Source: Minisyncoccota bacterium (GTDB lineage: Bacteria; Patescibacteriota; Minisyncoccia; Phycocordibacterales; UBA9973). Taken from it: DNA of 64,000 bases. Below the pieces are notes generated by a model that was not told the DNA's origin, ran no database searches, and saw only the letters and a list, made by a program, of their open reading frames with translations. Numbering within the stretch: the first letter of the stretch is position 1; every line of letters begins with the position of its first letter. The stretch covers positions 123,166 through 187,165 of the forward strand of contig JBAZYS010000001.1 of assembly GCA_041659205.1 (NCBI GenBank), in the 5' to 3' direction. Positions 54,245-63,767 of this stretch are shown in pieces. The translations under genes were made by a program, and so were the position numbers.

Positions 54245-56050
54245 ATGGATTTGAAACATATTAGAAATTTTTCTATCATCGCTCACATTGATCACGGTAA
54301 GAGTACATTGGCGGACAGAATGCTTGAGATTACGCACACTATCGAGGTGCGTAAAATGCGTGACCAGGTTCTCGATTCTATGGACATTGAAAGAGAAAGG
54401 GGAATTACTATTAAAATGCAGCCCGTCAGAATGGAATACTCTACCGGTAATGAAAAGTATATATTGAACCTTATTGATACACCTGGGCACATAGATTTTT
54501 CATATGAAGTATCTCGAGCTTTAAAGGCCGTAGAGGGGTCCATTTTATTAGTAGACTCAACTCAGGGTGTGCAGGCACAAACCCTTACTACGCTTGCTAT
54601 GGCTCGTTCTGGGGGCCTTAAAATCATTCCTGTGCTCTCAAAAATTGACTCACCTTTGTCTAGGGTGTCTGAAATAAAAGAGGAAGTTGTGAATCTTCTA
54701 GATTGTAGCCCAGAAGATGTTTTATTGGTTTCTGGACGTACGGGGGATGGGGTAGAAAATCTTTTGCAAGAAGTTGTAAAACGTATTCCAGCTCCAATTG
54801 AAAAATATCAAGGTGATAATAATTTACGTGCTCTTGTTTTTGATTTTAAATATTCAAATCATCGAGGGGTGATAGTGTTCGTTCGTGTATTTGACGGAAA
54901 AGTCGCAAAGGGTGATAGTTTAGTTTTCGCAGTTTCTGGCGAGAAATTTACCGCTCTTGAAGTTGGGACTTTCTCTCCGGAAGAGACTCCTCGCGATTTT
55001 CTTTCTCCTGGAGATACGGGTTACATTGTCACTGGGATAAAAAAGCCAGGCATTGCATCTGTCGGTGACACTATCACAATGTCTAAAAATCCATTACCTG
55101 CTTTCTCAGGTTATATGCAACCTTTACCGGTAGTGTGGGCTTCAGTCTTTCCTGAGGATGCAGATGATTTCTCGGAATTAAAACTTTCATTGGGGAAATT
55201 GAAACTCTCTGATTCAGCTTTTTCATATGAAGAAGAATCTTCTGGGTCCCTGGGTCGAGGTTTTAGATGTGGGTTTTTAGGAATGCTCCATTTGGAAATT
55301 ATTACTGAGAGATTAAAAAGAGAATTTAATCTAGAGTTAGTGATTACAATGCCTTCAATCACCTATGAAGTTATATTAAAAAATGGCAAGAAAGAAAAAG
55401 TTTATTCTCCATACCATTTTCCAGATGATGGAAATATTGAGACAGTGTATGAGCCATGGGTAAAATTAAAAATAATTACTCCTGTGCAGTATGTCGGTAA
55501 TATCATGCAACTTCTTTTTGATCACGAAGGAGAGGTGGGTGATACTGAAAACTTTGGAGACAATCGTTCCACCATCTCTGTACAGATGCCACTGCGTGAA
55601 TTAATGCGAAACTTTTTTGATGAATTGAAAAGTACTTCTTCGGGTTATGGTTCTATCTCATATGAAATAGGTGATATGCGGGTTGCGGATGTAACGAGGC
55701 TTGATATTATCGTGGCAGATGAAATAGTGCCAGCTTTTTCTAGAGTTGTTTCGAGAAAGAGAGCGGAGGGTGAAGCAGAAGAAGCGGTAAAAAAACTTGC
55801 AGACATATTGCCACGCCAGATGTTTTCTTTAAAAATTCAAGGCCAGGCCCTCGGACGGATTATATCTTCAAAATCACTTTCAGGGATGAAAAAGGACGTC
55901 ACTCAGCATATGTATGGTGGGGACATCACTCGTAAAATGAAACTTCGTGAAAAACAAAAGAAAGGGAAAAAGAAAATGAAGGAAAGGGGGCGGGTAAATA
56001 TTCCTCAAGATGTTTTTTTGAAGATGATGCGGACAGGAGATAATAATTAA
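54245..56050 (+). CDS. lepA: Translation elongation factor 4 (LepA).
   Basis: NFSIIAHIDHGKSTLADR, DTPGHIDF and the LepA-specific C-terminal domain are present. The length is 601 aa. Confidence 0.9.
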   Translation: MDLKHIRNFSIIAHIDHGKSTLADRMLEITHTIEVRKMRDQVLDSMDIERERGITIKMQPVRMEYSTGNEKYILNLIDTPGHIDFSYEVSRALKAVEGSILLVDSTQGVQAQTLTTLAMARSGGLKIIPVLSKIDSPLSRVSEIKEEVVNLLDCSPEDVLLVSGRTGDGVENLLQEVVKRIPAPIEKYQGDNNLRALVFDFKYSNHRGVIVFVRVFDGKVAKGDSLVFAVSGEKFTALEVGTFSPEETPRDFLSPGDTGYIVTGIKKPGIASVGDTITMSKNPLPAFSGYMQPLPVVWASVFPEDADDFSELKLSLGKLKLSDSAFSYEEESSGSLGRGFRCGFLGMLHLEIITERLKREFNLELVITMPSITYEVILKNGKKEKVYSPYHFPDDGNIETVYEPWVKLKIITPVQYVGNIMQLLFDHEGEVGDTENFGDNRSTISVQMPLRELMRNFFDELKSTSSGYGSISYEIGDMRVADVTRLDIIVADEIVPAFSRVVSRKRAEGEAEEAVKKLADILPRQMFSLKIQGQALGRIISSKSLSGMKKDVTQHMYGGDITRKMKLREKQKKGKKKMKERGRVNIPQDVFLKMMRTGDNN

Positions 56051-56051
56051 T

Positions 56052-56324
56052 TTGATAAATAAAGAAATATCTTTTCGAGGATACAGATTTTTGATTCTGC
56101 GGAATCATGTCGCACAAGTCGTTCTGGTGCGACCAAAAAATTCGTACCCTAAAAGAGTATTTCTTTATTTATTGCCTAAAGATTGGAGAATAGAGGAGGA
56201 GCATACTGACAATGATGAGTACGCTGACTACTGCCCAGACTATTTGAATTCTCTTTTGATGTTTTTTATTGAAAAGCATACAATGAGCATAGCATACTAT
56301 GAGAAATTTTCAAGAAAAAAGTAG
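56052..56324 (+). CDS. Doubtful hypothetical ORF (90 aa). The region also contains two adjacent hairpins and an SD-preceded 11-codon mini-ORF.
   Basis: It has no motifs, and it overlaps the start of the next gene. Confidence 0.2.
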   Translation: MINKEISFRGYRFLILRNHVAQVVLVRPKNSYPKRVFLYLLPKDWRIEEEHTDNDEYADYCPDYLNSLLMFFIEKHTMSIAYYEKFSRKK

Positions 56325-56673
56325 CTGGAGACACATTGTGGAATCAAAACCATTTTTAATACTTTTCAGTATTATAATATTGTTTTTTGCTTGGAATGTT
56401 TTTAGCTTTTTGAATAAGATGTTAGATACTAGTAAAAATATGAAAATTGCTGAAGAGAAGGTGGCGACTCTTAAACAGCAAAAAGAAAACATTTCTAATG
56501 AGATTAATAGTTTGAATACAGACGAGGGTAAAGAGAAATTTTTTAGAGAGAATCTAGGTTTAGTGAAGGACGGAGAAGGTCTGACGGTAGTAGTAGAAGA
56601 TAAAAATCCACCCACAACTCCTAAACCAGAATCTTCAGGCTTTTGGTCATTTTTAACAAGTTGGTTTAAATAA
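56299..56673 (+). CDS. Septum-formation-initiator family (FtsB/DivIC-like) cell-division protein.
   Basis: A single N-terminal TM is followed by a coiled coil and the family motif FRENLGLVKDGE (compare AREELGMVKPGE). Confidence 0.55.
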   Translation: MRNFQEKSSWRHIVESKPFLILFSIIILFFAWNVFSFLNKMLDTSKNMKIAEEKVATLKQQKENISNEINSLNTDEGKEKFFRENLGLVKDGEGLTVVVEDKNPPTTPKPESSGFWSFLTSWFK

Positions 56674-56738
56674 CTTTATTTTGGCCCCCTGCGAGGACTG
56701 CGATTTTAACAGCTTTTGCAAAGCTAAAAAATCGGGAG

Positions 56739-56744
56739 TATAAT
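56739..56744 (+). promoter_or_regulatory. TATAAT box 6 nt upstream of the ATG at 56751 (leaderless).
   Basis: The context is gggagTATAATaaagctATG. Confidence 0.4.
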
Positions 56745-56750
56745 AAAGCT

Positions 56751-57758
56751 ATGAAAATAGTCTTTTTTGAGGTGTCAAAAGCAGAGCAGTCATTTTTTGC
56801 AGAGTCACTTGGTGGTGCGGAAGTTTCTTTTTTTGAAGAAAAATTAAATGAAAATAGTATAGAGAAAGCAAAAGATGCTGACGTTGTCTGTATCTTTGTT
56901 GTTTCTTTGGTAAATAAAAATGTTATCGATGCATTACCTAATTTAAAATTTATTGCTACTCGTTCGACGGGTTTTGACCACATTGATCATGCCTATGCAG
57001 AAACAAAAGGAATAAAAGTTTCTAACGTGCCTGCTTATGGTTCTCATACAGTAGCTGAGTTTGCTTTTACGTTGATGTTAAGTCTCTCAAGAAAAATCAT
57101 TAAAGCAAATAATCATATTACGGAAGAACTAGATTTTAATTATTCAAAGGATATGGAAGGTTTTGATTTACATGGAAAGATTTTGGGAGTCGTCGGTACA
57201 GGGAAAATTGGCAAAAATGTTGTAAAAATTGCTAAAGGTTTTGAAATGGAGGTAATTGCTTATGATTTGTATCCAGACTTAGCTTTCGCTAAAGAAAATA
57301 ATTTTACATATAAAAGTTTAACAGACGTCGTCTCTCTGGCAGATATTATCACTCTGCATGCTCCTTGTTGTATGGAAAATATTCACTTAATTAATAAAGA
57401 AAATATTTCTTTGATGAAAAAAGGAGTTTATCTGATTAATACAGCTCGGGGAGAACTCGTTGATACAGAAGCATTAATCTGGGGTTTGAAAGAGGGAATT
57501 ATCGCAGGAGCGGGAATAGATGTTTTGGAAAATGAAAAACAACTCAAAGATGAAAAGAGCTTTTTAACTAGCGGTAAGGCTACCGAAGAAGAAAAAACAA
57601 GTATTTTAATTAACCACGAATTGATGAAAATGCCCAACGTCATTGTTACTCCCCATATTGCCTTTGATACAAAGGAAGCCATAGCTTTAATTTTAAAAAC
57701 AACTGCAGATAATATCCAAGGTTTTTTAAGCAATATTCCAATAAATTTAATTAAATAA
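56751..57758 (+). CDS. D-isomer-specific 2-hydroxyacid dehydrogenase (glycerate/hydroxypyruvate-reductase or D-lactate dehydrogenase-like).
   Basis: The NAD-binding GKILGVVGTGKIGKNV...D motif and the catalytic R/E/H arrangement typical of the D-2-hydroxyacid dehydrogenase family are present. It is adjacent to glycerate kinase. Confidence 0.8.
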   Translation: MKIVFFEVSKAEQSFFAESLGGAEVSFFEEKLNENSIEKAKDADVVCIFVVSLVNKNVIDALPNLKFIATRSTGFDHIDHAYAETKGIKVSNVPAYGSHTVAEFAFTLMLSLSRKIIKANNHITEELDFNYSKDMEGFDLHGKILGVVGTGKIGKNVVKIAKGFEMEVIAYDLYPDLAFAKENNFTYKSLTDVVSLADIITLHAPCCMENIHLINKENISLMKKGVYLINTARGELVDTEALIWGLKEGIIAGAGIDVLENEKQLKDEKSFLTSGKATEEEKTSILINHELMKMPNVIVTPHIAFDTKEAIALILKTTADNIQGFLSNIPINLIK

Positions 57759-57760
57759 AT

Positions 57761-59053
57761 ATGCAAAAAAGTTGGATTAAAAACCTTGACGAATTAGCCA
57801 CGACTCCCAACAGAAAAAATGCACTAAAAATAGTTGAGGCTGGTTTCAATGCTATAAACACTGAAGAAGTAGTAAAAAGTAAAATAAAATTTCAGAATAA
57901 TATTTTGACTATAAATCATGAGCATTTTGATTTAAATAAATTTAAGAATATATATGTCGTTGGCTTTGGTAAGTCTTCTTGTGATGCAGCCTTAGCACTA
58001 GAGGAAATTTTGGGTTCTAGAATTACAAAAGGTATTGTCATTGGTCTTTCAAGGGTTGATTGTAAATATATTGAGACTTTTGCTGGTACTCATCCAAGGC
58101 CTAGTGAGGTGAATGCCCTTCCTGGTAAAAAGATATATGAAATGCTCAATGATTCCAGTGTGGACGATTTGGTTATCGTACTTGTCTCAGGTGGTGGTTC
58201 GGCTCTACTTTGTTATCCAGAGAGCGAATGGAGAGATGGTGCAAGGCTTTATGACGCTTTTTTAGAATCTGGCAAAACAATATCTGAAATTAATACAGTA
58301 AGAAAACATTTGTCTTTATTAAAAGGGGGCGGATTAGCAAAAATTGCTTTTCCTGCGACAGTTGTCGGTCTTATTTTTTCTGATGTCCCTGGAGATATCT
58401 TTAAAGATGTTGCCTCTGGACCAACCTACAAAGATGAAACCACTATAAGTGATGTTAATAAAATTATTTTAGAGAATAACCTAGGTGAATTTGATTTAAT
58501 TGAAACACCCAAGGAAGATAAGTTTTTTGAAAAAGTTTATAATTTTGTTTTAGTTTCAAATAAAACTGCTGTAGAAGCAATGGCAGAAAAAGCACAAGAA
58601 TTAAATTTTAATGCGAACATTGTTTCGACAAATCTTTATGATGAAGATGAAAAAGCAATTAATAAAATATTTTCTGTGAAAAAAGAAGATTCTGTTGTTC
58701 TTGCCGCGGGTGAGCCAAAGATTATAATTATGAAAAAAGGAGGAAAGGGTGGAAGGAATTTACATATGGGGCTAGAAGTAATAAAAGATAAAATGATTGC
58801 AAAAGAAAATCCTAGTGATTTTGTTTTTATTTCTTTTGCTAGTGATGGGATGGACAACAGTGACGTGGCTGGAGCAGTTGTAGACAAAACTACTCTTGAA
58901 AAAGTGGCTAAATTAAATTTAGATGTAGACGATTATTTAGGACGCTTTGATTCTTACGATTTTTTCCAAAAAACAGGTGATACAATTATTACTGGGCCCA
59001 CGGGGGCGAATGTTTCTGATTTAATGATTTTATTAACTAAAAATAATGAATAA
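57761..59053 (+). CDS. Glycerate 2-kinase of the MOFRL family (DUF4147 plus MOFRL domains).
   Basis: VLVSGGGSALL and LKGGGLAKIA are typical of the MOFRL/GckA glycerate kinase family. The length is 430 aa. Confidence 0.7.
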   Translation: MQKSWIKNLDELATTPNRKNALKIVEAGFNAINTEEVVKSKIKFQNNILTINHEHFDLNKFKNIYVVGFGKSSCDAALALEEILGSRITKGIVIGLSRVDCKYIETFAGTHPRPSEVNALPGKKIYEMLNDSSVDDLVIVLVSGGGSALLCYPESEWRDGARLYDAFLESGKTISEINTVRKHLSLLKGGGLAKIAFPATVVGLIFSDVPGDIFKDVASGPTYKDETTISDVNKIILENNLGEFDLIETPKEDKFFEKVYNFVLVSNKTAVEAMAEKAQELNFNANIVSTNLYDEDEKAINKIFSVKKEDSVVLAAGEPKIIIMKKGGKGGRNLHMGLEVIKDKMIAKENPSDFVFISFASDGMDNSDVAGAVVDKTTLEKVAKLNLDVDDYLGRFDSYDFFQKTGDTIITGPTGANVSDLMILLTKNNE

Positions 59054-60284
59054 TATTACAAAAATTTTAGCAGAAGAAATCAAGGATTCAAGGGGGAATC
59101 CGACTGTAAAGGTGACAGTCTCTGTTGGGGAGGCCTCAGCAAGTTTTTCGGTGCCGTCTGGGGCCTCTACGGGCGCTCATGAGGCACATGAACTGCGGGA
59201 TGCTGATGGGAAGGGGGTAAAGAGTGCAATAGAAAAAATAAATAATGATATTGCGAAGGCTTTGCTTGGAAAAGACATTTTAAATCAAAAAGAAATAGAC
59301 AGAATTATGATTGAGCTAGATGGTACATACAATAAGGATAACCTTGGAGGTAATTCTATGATTGGGGTGAGCATCGCTTGTGCAAAAGTTGCAGCTAAGG
59401 TTACTAATCAAGAAACATATGAATATTTGCAAACACTTGCAGAAATTAAACCTTCCCGAAAAGTTCCTTTTTTATATATGAATTTGATAAACGGGGGAAA
59501 GCATGCAAAAAATGATTTAGCTTTTCAGGAATATCATATTGTCCCAGATACAGAAGATATAAAGGAAGCTGTAGAAATAGGAATAACAATCCAAAATACT
59601 CTTAAAGAAATAATTTTGAAAGATTTAGGTGAAGAATCTGTGGCTCTCGGGGACGAAGGAGGTTTTGCACCAAAAATAAGTGATATCAAGCAACCACTTT
59701 TTTATCTAAGGGCAGCAATAAAACAAAATGATTTAGAGGGCAAGGTTCGTCTTGCGCTCGACGTAGCTTCCTCTTCTTTTTATGAAAATCCTGCCCGCAC
59801 TGGCGGGGGAATTTATAAAGTTGACGGTAAGGATATTTCGAAAGAGGAATTGATGGATATATATCTTTCTTTCGTGAAAGAATTTAATTTACTATCTATC
59901 GAAGATCCTTTTGACGAGGAAGATTTTGATAGCTTTAAAAAGTTGAAAGAAAATAATGAAGTAATAGTAGTTGGGGATGATTTAACTGTCACTAATAAGA
60001 TTTTGTTAAAAGAAGCGATAGACAAAGGGAGTATTAGTGCGATGATAATTAAACCGAACCAAATAGGCACTCTGACTGAGACATTGGAAACCATGAAACT
60101 GGCTCGGGAGAATGATATAGAGCTCATCGTTAGTCACCGAAGTGGAGAAACAGATGATGATTTTATTGCAGACCTTGCTTTTGCTTTTAATTGTTTTGGA
60201 ATGAAGGCTGGTTCTCCACAAAAAGCTGAAAGAATGGTAAAGTATCAAAGGCTAATAAAGATTAGCAATTTATTATTAATGTAA
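59046..60284 (+). CDS. eno: Enolase.
   Basis: KILAEEIKDSRGNPTVKV, SGASTGAHEA and SHRSGETDD are present. It overlaps the glycerate kinase stop by 8 nt. Confidence 0.9.
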   Translation: MNNITKILAEEIKDSRGNPTVKVTVSVGEASASFSVPSGASTGAHEAHELRDADGKGVKSAIEKINNDIAKALLGKDILNQKEIDRIMIELDGTYNKDNLGGNSMIGVSIACAKVAAKVTNQETYEYLQTLAEIKPSRKVPFLYMNLINGGKHAKNDLAFQEYHIVPDTEDIKEAVEIGITIQNTLKEIILKDLGEESVALGDEGGFAPKISDIKQPLFYLRAAIKQNDLEGKVRLALDVASSSFYENPARTGGGIYKVDGKDISKEELMDIYLSFVKEFNLLSIEDPFDEEDFDSFKKLKENNEVIVVGDDLTVTNKILLKEAIDKGSISAMIIKPNQIGTLTETLETMKLARENDIELIVSHRSGETDDDFIADLAFAFNCFGMKAGSPQKAERMVKYQRLIKISNLLLM

Positions 60285-60297
60285 AAAAAAGTTATTT

Positions 60298-62712
60298 ATG
60301 ACAGAAAATTTTGTAAAGTGGTTTAATGAGGTAGGTATTGATGATGTTTCTGTTGTGGGGGGTAAAAATGCTGCACTTGGAGAAATGTATTCTAACCTTG
60401 TACCGCTTGGTGTGAATGTTCCAGATGGCTTTGCTATTACGGCTGATGCTTATCGTCATTTTTTTAAAAAAACTGGTTTAGATGAAAAAATTAAAGAAAT
60501 TCTTGCAGATTTAAATACAAAAGACATTCGTAATTTGCAGGTCCGTGCTAAAAAGTGCCGCGAGGCAATATTGAAAGCTACTTTGCCTCAAGATTTACAA
60601 AACACGATTACAGAATCATATAAAAAATTAGGTGAAAAGTATGGAAAGAACACTGTTGTTGCTGTTCGTTCATCGGCAACAGCGGAAGACCTCCCTGGAG
60701 CTTCTTTTGCTGGACAGCAAGAAACATACTTAAATGTTCACGGTATTGAAAACATTCTCACTTCGACAAAGAAATGTATTGCTTCACTCTTTACTGATAG
60801 AGCTGTTTCCTATCGTGCGGATAAAGGATTCTCACATTTTGATGCTGCTTTGTCTGTCGGTATTCAGCTAATGGTGCGTTCAGATATTTCTTCTTCAGGG
60901 GTGGCATTTACTATCGATACTGAAACAGGTTTTGATAAAGTTATTGTTGTTACAGGAATATATGGTCTCGGAGAATTTATTGTCCAGGGTAAAGTTATTC
61001 CAGATGAATTTATTATTTTTAAACCAAGTCTAGATAATAATAGTAAAAATCCTATAATTGGTAGAAATATAGGAAAGAAAAACATAAAGCTTGTTTATGC
61101 AAAAGATGGAACAAAAGAAGAAAAAGTTTCAACATTGGATCAGCAAAAATTCTCTATTACAAACGAGGAGGCAGTAAAACTTGCAAAATGGTGTTACCAA
61201 ATAGAGAAATATTTTTCTAAGAAACATAACCGTTATCAGCCAATGGATATCGAATGGGCCAAAGATGGAAAAACAGGAGAACTTTTCATTGTGCAGGCTC
61301 GCCCAGAAACAGTTGTTTCCGGACAAGATAAGAATGTTTTAAAAGAATATAAATTAAAGAAAACGAGCAAAGTTTTAGTAAGTGGTATTGCCGTCGGTTC
61401 AAAAATAGGAAGTGGAAAGGTCCGCGTTTTGCATAATGCAAAAAGTATAAACTCCTTCCAAAAAGGAGAAGTACTTGTGACTGAGATTACTGATCCTGAT
61501 TGGGAGCCAATTATGAAGATTGCGAGTGCCATAGTCACAGATAAAGGTGGACGTACTTCTCATGCGGCTATTGTGTCTCGTGAACTTGGTATACCTTGTA
61601 TCGTCGGTTCAAACAATGCGACTAAGGTACTTAAAAATGGCAAGGATGTGACTGTAGACTCTTCAGGAGGTCAGGTAGGGAATGTATATGAGGGGATTAT
61701 TCCTTTTGAAATTATTGAACATCATTTAGATAAGATTCCAAAAGTAGCGACAAAGATAATGGTGAATATTGGTTCTCCTGATGAAGCATTCAAAAATTAT
61801 AATCTTCCAGCACAAGGCGTCGGCCTAGGTAGACTCGAGTTTATTATTGCTTCACATATCGGGGTACATCCAAATGTGTTAATTGATTATAAAAAATTTA
61901 AAGGAGAAAAAAAGACTCCGGAGATAAATAAAGTTCTTAAAAAAATCGATGAACTAACTCCTCTATACAAAGATAAACCACAATTTTATGTTGACAACCT
62001 AGCACTCGGAATTGCGAAAATCGGGGCTACGTTTTATCCAGAAAAAGTTATTATTCGTTTTTCTGATTTTAAGACGAATGAATACCGCACACTCTTGGGT
62101 GGTGATATGTATGAACCGCAAGAGGAAAACCCAATGCTCGGATGGCGTGGAGCGTCTCGTTACTATGATCCTAAATTTAAAGAAGCATTTAGCCTCGAGT
62201 GTAAAGCAATGAAAATTGTACGTGAAGATATGGGGCTTACGAATGTCGTCCCAATGATTCCATTTTGCCGAACTCCAGAAGAAGGGAAGCAAGTAGTGGA
62301 AGTAATGAAAGAATTTGGCCTAGATAGAGCGAAAGATAAAGATCTTCATATCTATGTAATGTGCGAGATACCTTCAAACATTCTTCTCGCTGATGAATTT
62401 CTGGAAATCTTCGATGGTATGTCTATCGGTTCGAATGATTTAACTCAGCTTACCCTAGGGCTCGATCGAGATTCTGGAATAGTTACTCATATTGCAAATG
62501 AAAACAATTCTGCAGTTAAAAAACTTGTCGCTCAAATAATTCATAAATGTAAAGAAAAAGGGAAGTACATTGGTATTTGTGGCCAGGCGCCTTCAGACTA
62601 TCCAGAGTTCGCACAGTTCCTCGTAGACGAGGGTATTGAGAGTATGTCACTCAATCCTGATACAGTTATCAAGATTCTTACAGCGTTAGGGAAAAATCAA
62701 AAAAATAATTAA
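60298..62712 (+). CDS. ppsA: Phosphoenolpyruvate synthase (pyruvate, water dikinase).
   Basis: It has an N-terminal ATP-grasp domain (VGGKNAALGEM), a central phospho-His domain (GGRTSHAAIVSRELGIPCIVG) and a C-terminal PEP-utilising TIM barrel (GMSIGSNDLTQL). Confidence 0.85.
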   Translation: MTENFVKWFNEVGIDDVSVVGGKNAALGEMYSNLVPLGVNVPDGFAITADAYRHFFKKTGLDEKIKEILADLNTKDIRNLQVRAKKCREAILKATLPQDLQNTITESYKKLGEKYGKNTVVAVRSSATAEDLPGASFAGQQETYLNVHGIENILTSTKKCIASLFTDRAVSYRADKGFSHFDAALSVGIQLMVRSDISSSGVAFTIDTETGFDKVIVVTGIYGLGEFIVQGKVIPDEFIIFKPSLDNNSKNPIIGRNIGKKNIKLVYAKDGTKEEKVSTLDQQKFSITNEEAVKLAKWCYQIEKYFSKKHNRYQPMDIEWAKDGKTGELFIVQARPETVVSGQDKNVLKEYKLKKTSKVLVSGIAVGSKIGSGKVRVLHNAKSINSFQKGEVLVTEITDPDWEPIMKIASAIVTDKGGRTSHAAIVSRELGIPCIVGSNNATKVLKNGKDVTVDSSGGQVGNVYEGIIPFEIIEHHLDKIPKVATKIMVNIGSPDEAFKNYNLPAQGVGLGRLEFIIASHIGVHPNVLIDYKKFKGEKKTPEINKVLKKIDELTPLYKDKPQFYVDNLALGIAKIGATFYPEKVIIRFSDFKTNEYRTLLGGDMYEPQEENPMLGWRGASRYYDPKFKEAFSLECKAMKIVREDMGLTNVVPMIPFCRTPEEGKQVVEVMKEFGLDRAKDKDLHIYVMCEIPSNILLADEFLEIFDGMSIGSNDLTQLTLGLDRDSGIVTHIANENNSAVKKLVAQIIHKCKEKGKYIGICGQAPSDYPEFAQFLVDEGIESMSLNPDTVIKILTALGKNQKNN

Positions 62713-62716
62713 TCTG

Positions 62717-62787
62717 TGCGGGATGCGGGAATCGAACCCGCGTCTAATCCTTGGGAAGGATCCGTCATACCACTAAACTAATCCCGC
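62717..62787 (-). tRNA. tRNA-Gly (anticodon CCC).
   Basis: The reverse complement folds with acceptor gcgggat/atcccgc, anticodon loop ttcccaa and T-loop ttcgatt. It lies 5 nt after the ppsA stop. Confidence 0.8.
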
Positions 62788-62870
62788 TTGTTATTAAAAT
62801 ATAGCGTTATTTAAGACGCTTGACAAGTATGCTATAATTAGAATATTAAAAGATAATTTATAAAAAAAGT

Positions 62871-63104
62871 ATGCAAAATGTAACTATTTATTCAACCCCA
62901 ACCTGTCATTATTGCCACATGGCAAAAGATTTCTTTACTGCAAACAGTATTGTCTATACGGAATACGATGTAGCATCTGATCTTGAAAAAAGAAAAGAAA
63001 TGATGGAAAAAAGCGGACAAATGGGCGTGCCTGTAATTGTAATAGGGGACGAACTTACTGTTGGCTTCGATAAACCGAAGATAGCTCAGCTACTAGGTCT
63101 CTAA
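62871..63104 (+). CDS. Glutaredoxin-like protein (NrdH/YruB-type thioredoxin-fold protein).
   Basis: A CHYC redox motif lies near the N-terminus of a 77-aa thioredoxin-fold-sized protein, with a VPVIVIGDE..GF C-terminal motif. An extended -10 tgcTATAAT lies upstream at about 62832-62840. Confidence 0.7.
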   Translation: MQNVTIYSTPTCHYCHMAKDFFTANSIVYTEYDVASDLEKRKEMMEKSGQMGVPVIVIGDELTVGFDKPKIAQLLGL

Positions 63105-63125
63105 ATTGTAATTAGCACACAAACT

Positions 63126-63152
63126 AAAAAACATGCAGAAATGCATGTTTTT
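63126..63152. terminator. Bidirectional intrinsic terminator aaaaa-acatgca-gaaa-tgcatgt-tttt.
   Basis: It is a perfect 7-bp stem flanked by A and T runs, between the + strand gene and the - strand tRNA-Arg. Confidence 0.6.
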
Positions 63153-63161
63153 ATGTTTGTG

Positions 63162-63233
63162 TGCCCTCGGCAGGAATCGAACCTACATCTACTCCTTAGG
63201 ACGGAACTGTTCTATCCATTGAACTACGAGGGC
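63162..63233 (-). tRNA. tRNA-Arg (anticodon CCT).
   Basis: The reverse complement folds with acceptor gccctcg/cgagggc, D-arm gttc-aatggata-gaac, anticodon loop gtcctaa and T-loop ttcgatt. The anticodon stem has two G-U pairs. Confidence 0.7.
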
Positions 63234-63306
63234 TATGACTATAATCTAGCATACAAAAAGCCTATTTGGAATTGGTTTTTTTTATGTTTTATGCTAAATT
63301 ATAAAC

Positions 63307-63585
63307 ATGGATCCTGAGTCCAAAAAATTATTAGAAGATACTTTTGCCCTTGCGCAAGAGAATAATCATATGCTTCATAAGGTTAGAAATGTTCAGAAAT
63401 GGGCTACCTTTTGGCAAATGCTTAAAATATTTATAATAATTGGAGTTGCATTGGGTGCATTTTACTTTTTAGACCCTTATTTGAATAAGATTGTAGAAGT
63501 GTATAATTCAATTTCCGGTACAGGCCAAAAATTTAATGATACAAATAATTCATTTCAGGATTTTTTGAAAAAATTTCAAAATTAA
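63307..63585 (+). CDS. Hypothetical small protein with one TM helix (92 aa).
   Basis: It has a clean ORF and a hydrophobic helix, IFIIIGVALGAFYFL. It has no motifs. Confidence 0.4.
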   Translation: MDPESKKLLEDTFALAQENNHMLHKVRNVQKWATFWQMLKIFIIIGVALGAFYFLDPYLNKIVEVYNSISGTGQKFNDTNNSFQDFLKKFQN

Positions 63586-63656
63586 GCCGAGGTAGCTGTT
63601 TTGGTAAATATACGCAGTTAGTAAGGTGTAAATAAGTTTTAGTTAAGATATCGAAT

Positions 63657-63729
63657 GCCGAGGTAGCTCAGTTGGTAGAGCGCTCCCCTGAAGAGGGAGA
63701 TGTCACCAGTTCAACTCTGGTCCTCGGCA
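63657..63729 (+). tRNA. tRNA-Phe (anticodon GAA).
   Basis: The cloverleaf has acceptor gccgagg/cctcggc, anticodon stem ctccc/gggag and anticodon loop ctgaaga. Confidence 0.9.
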
Positions 63730-63732
63730 CAT

Positions 63733-63766
63733 AAAAACAAAACCCGCTTAGGCGGGTTTTGTTTTT
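63733..63766 (+). terminator. Intrinsic terminator aaaacccgc-ttag-gcgggtttt.
   Basis: The hairpin plus T-run follows tRNA-Phe. It also lies downstream of the convergent hsp20-like gene. Confidence 0.6.
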
Positions 63767-63767
63767 A

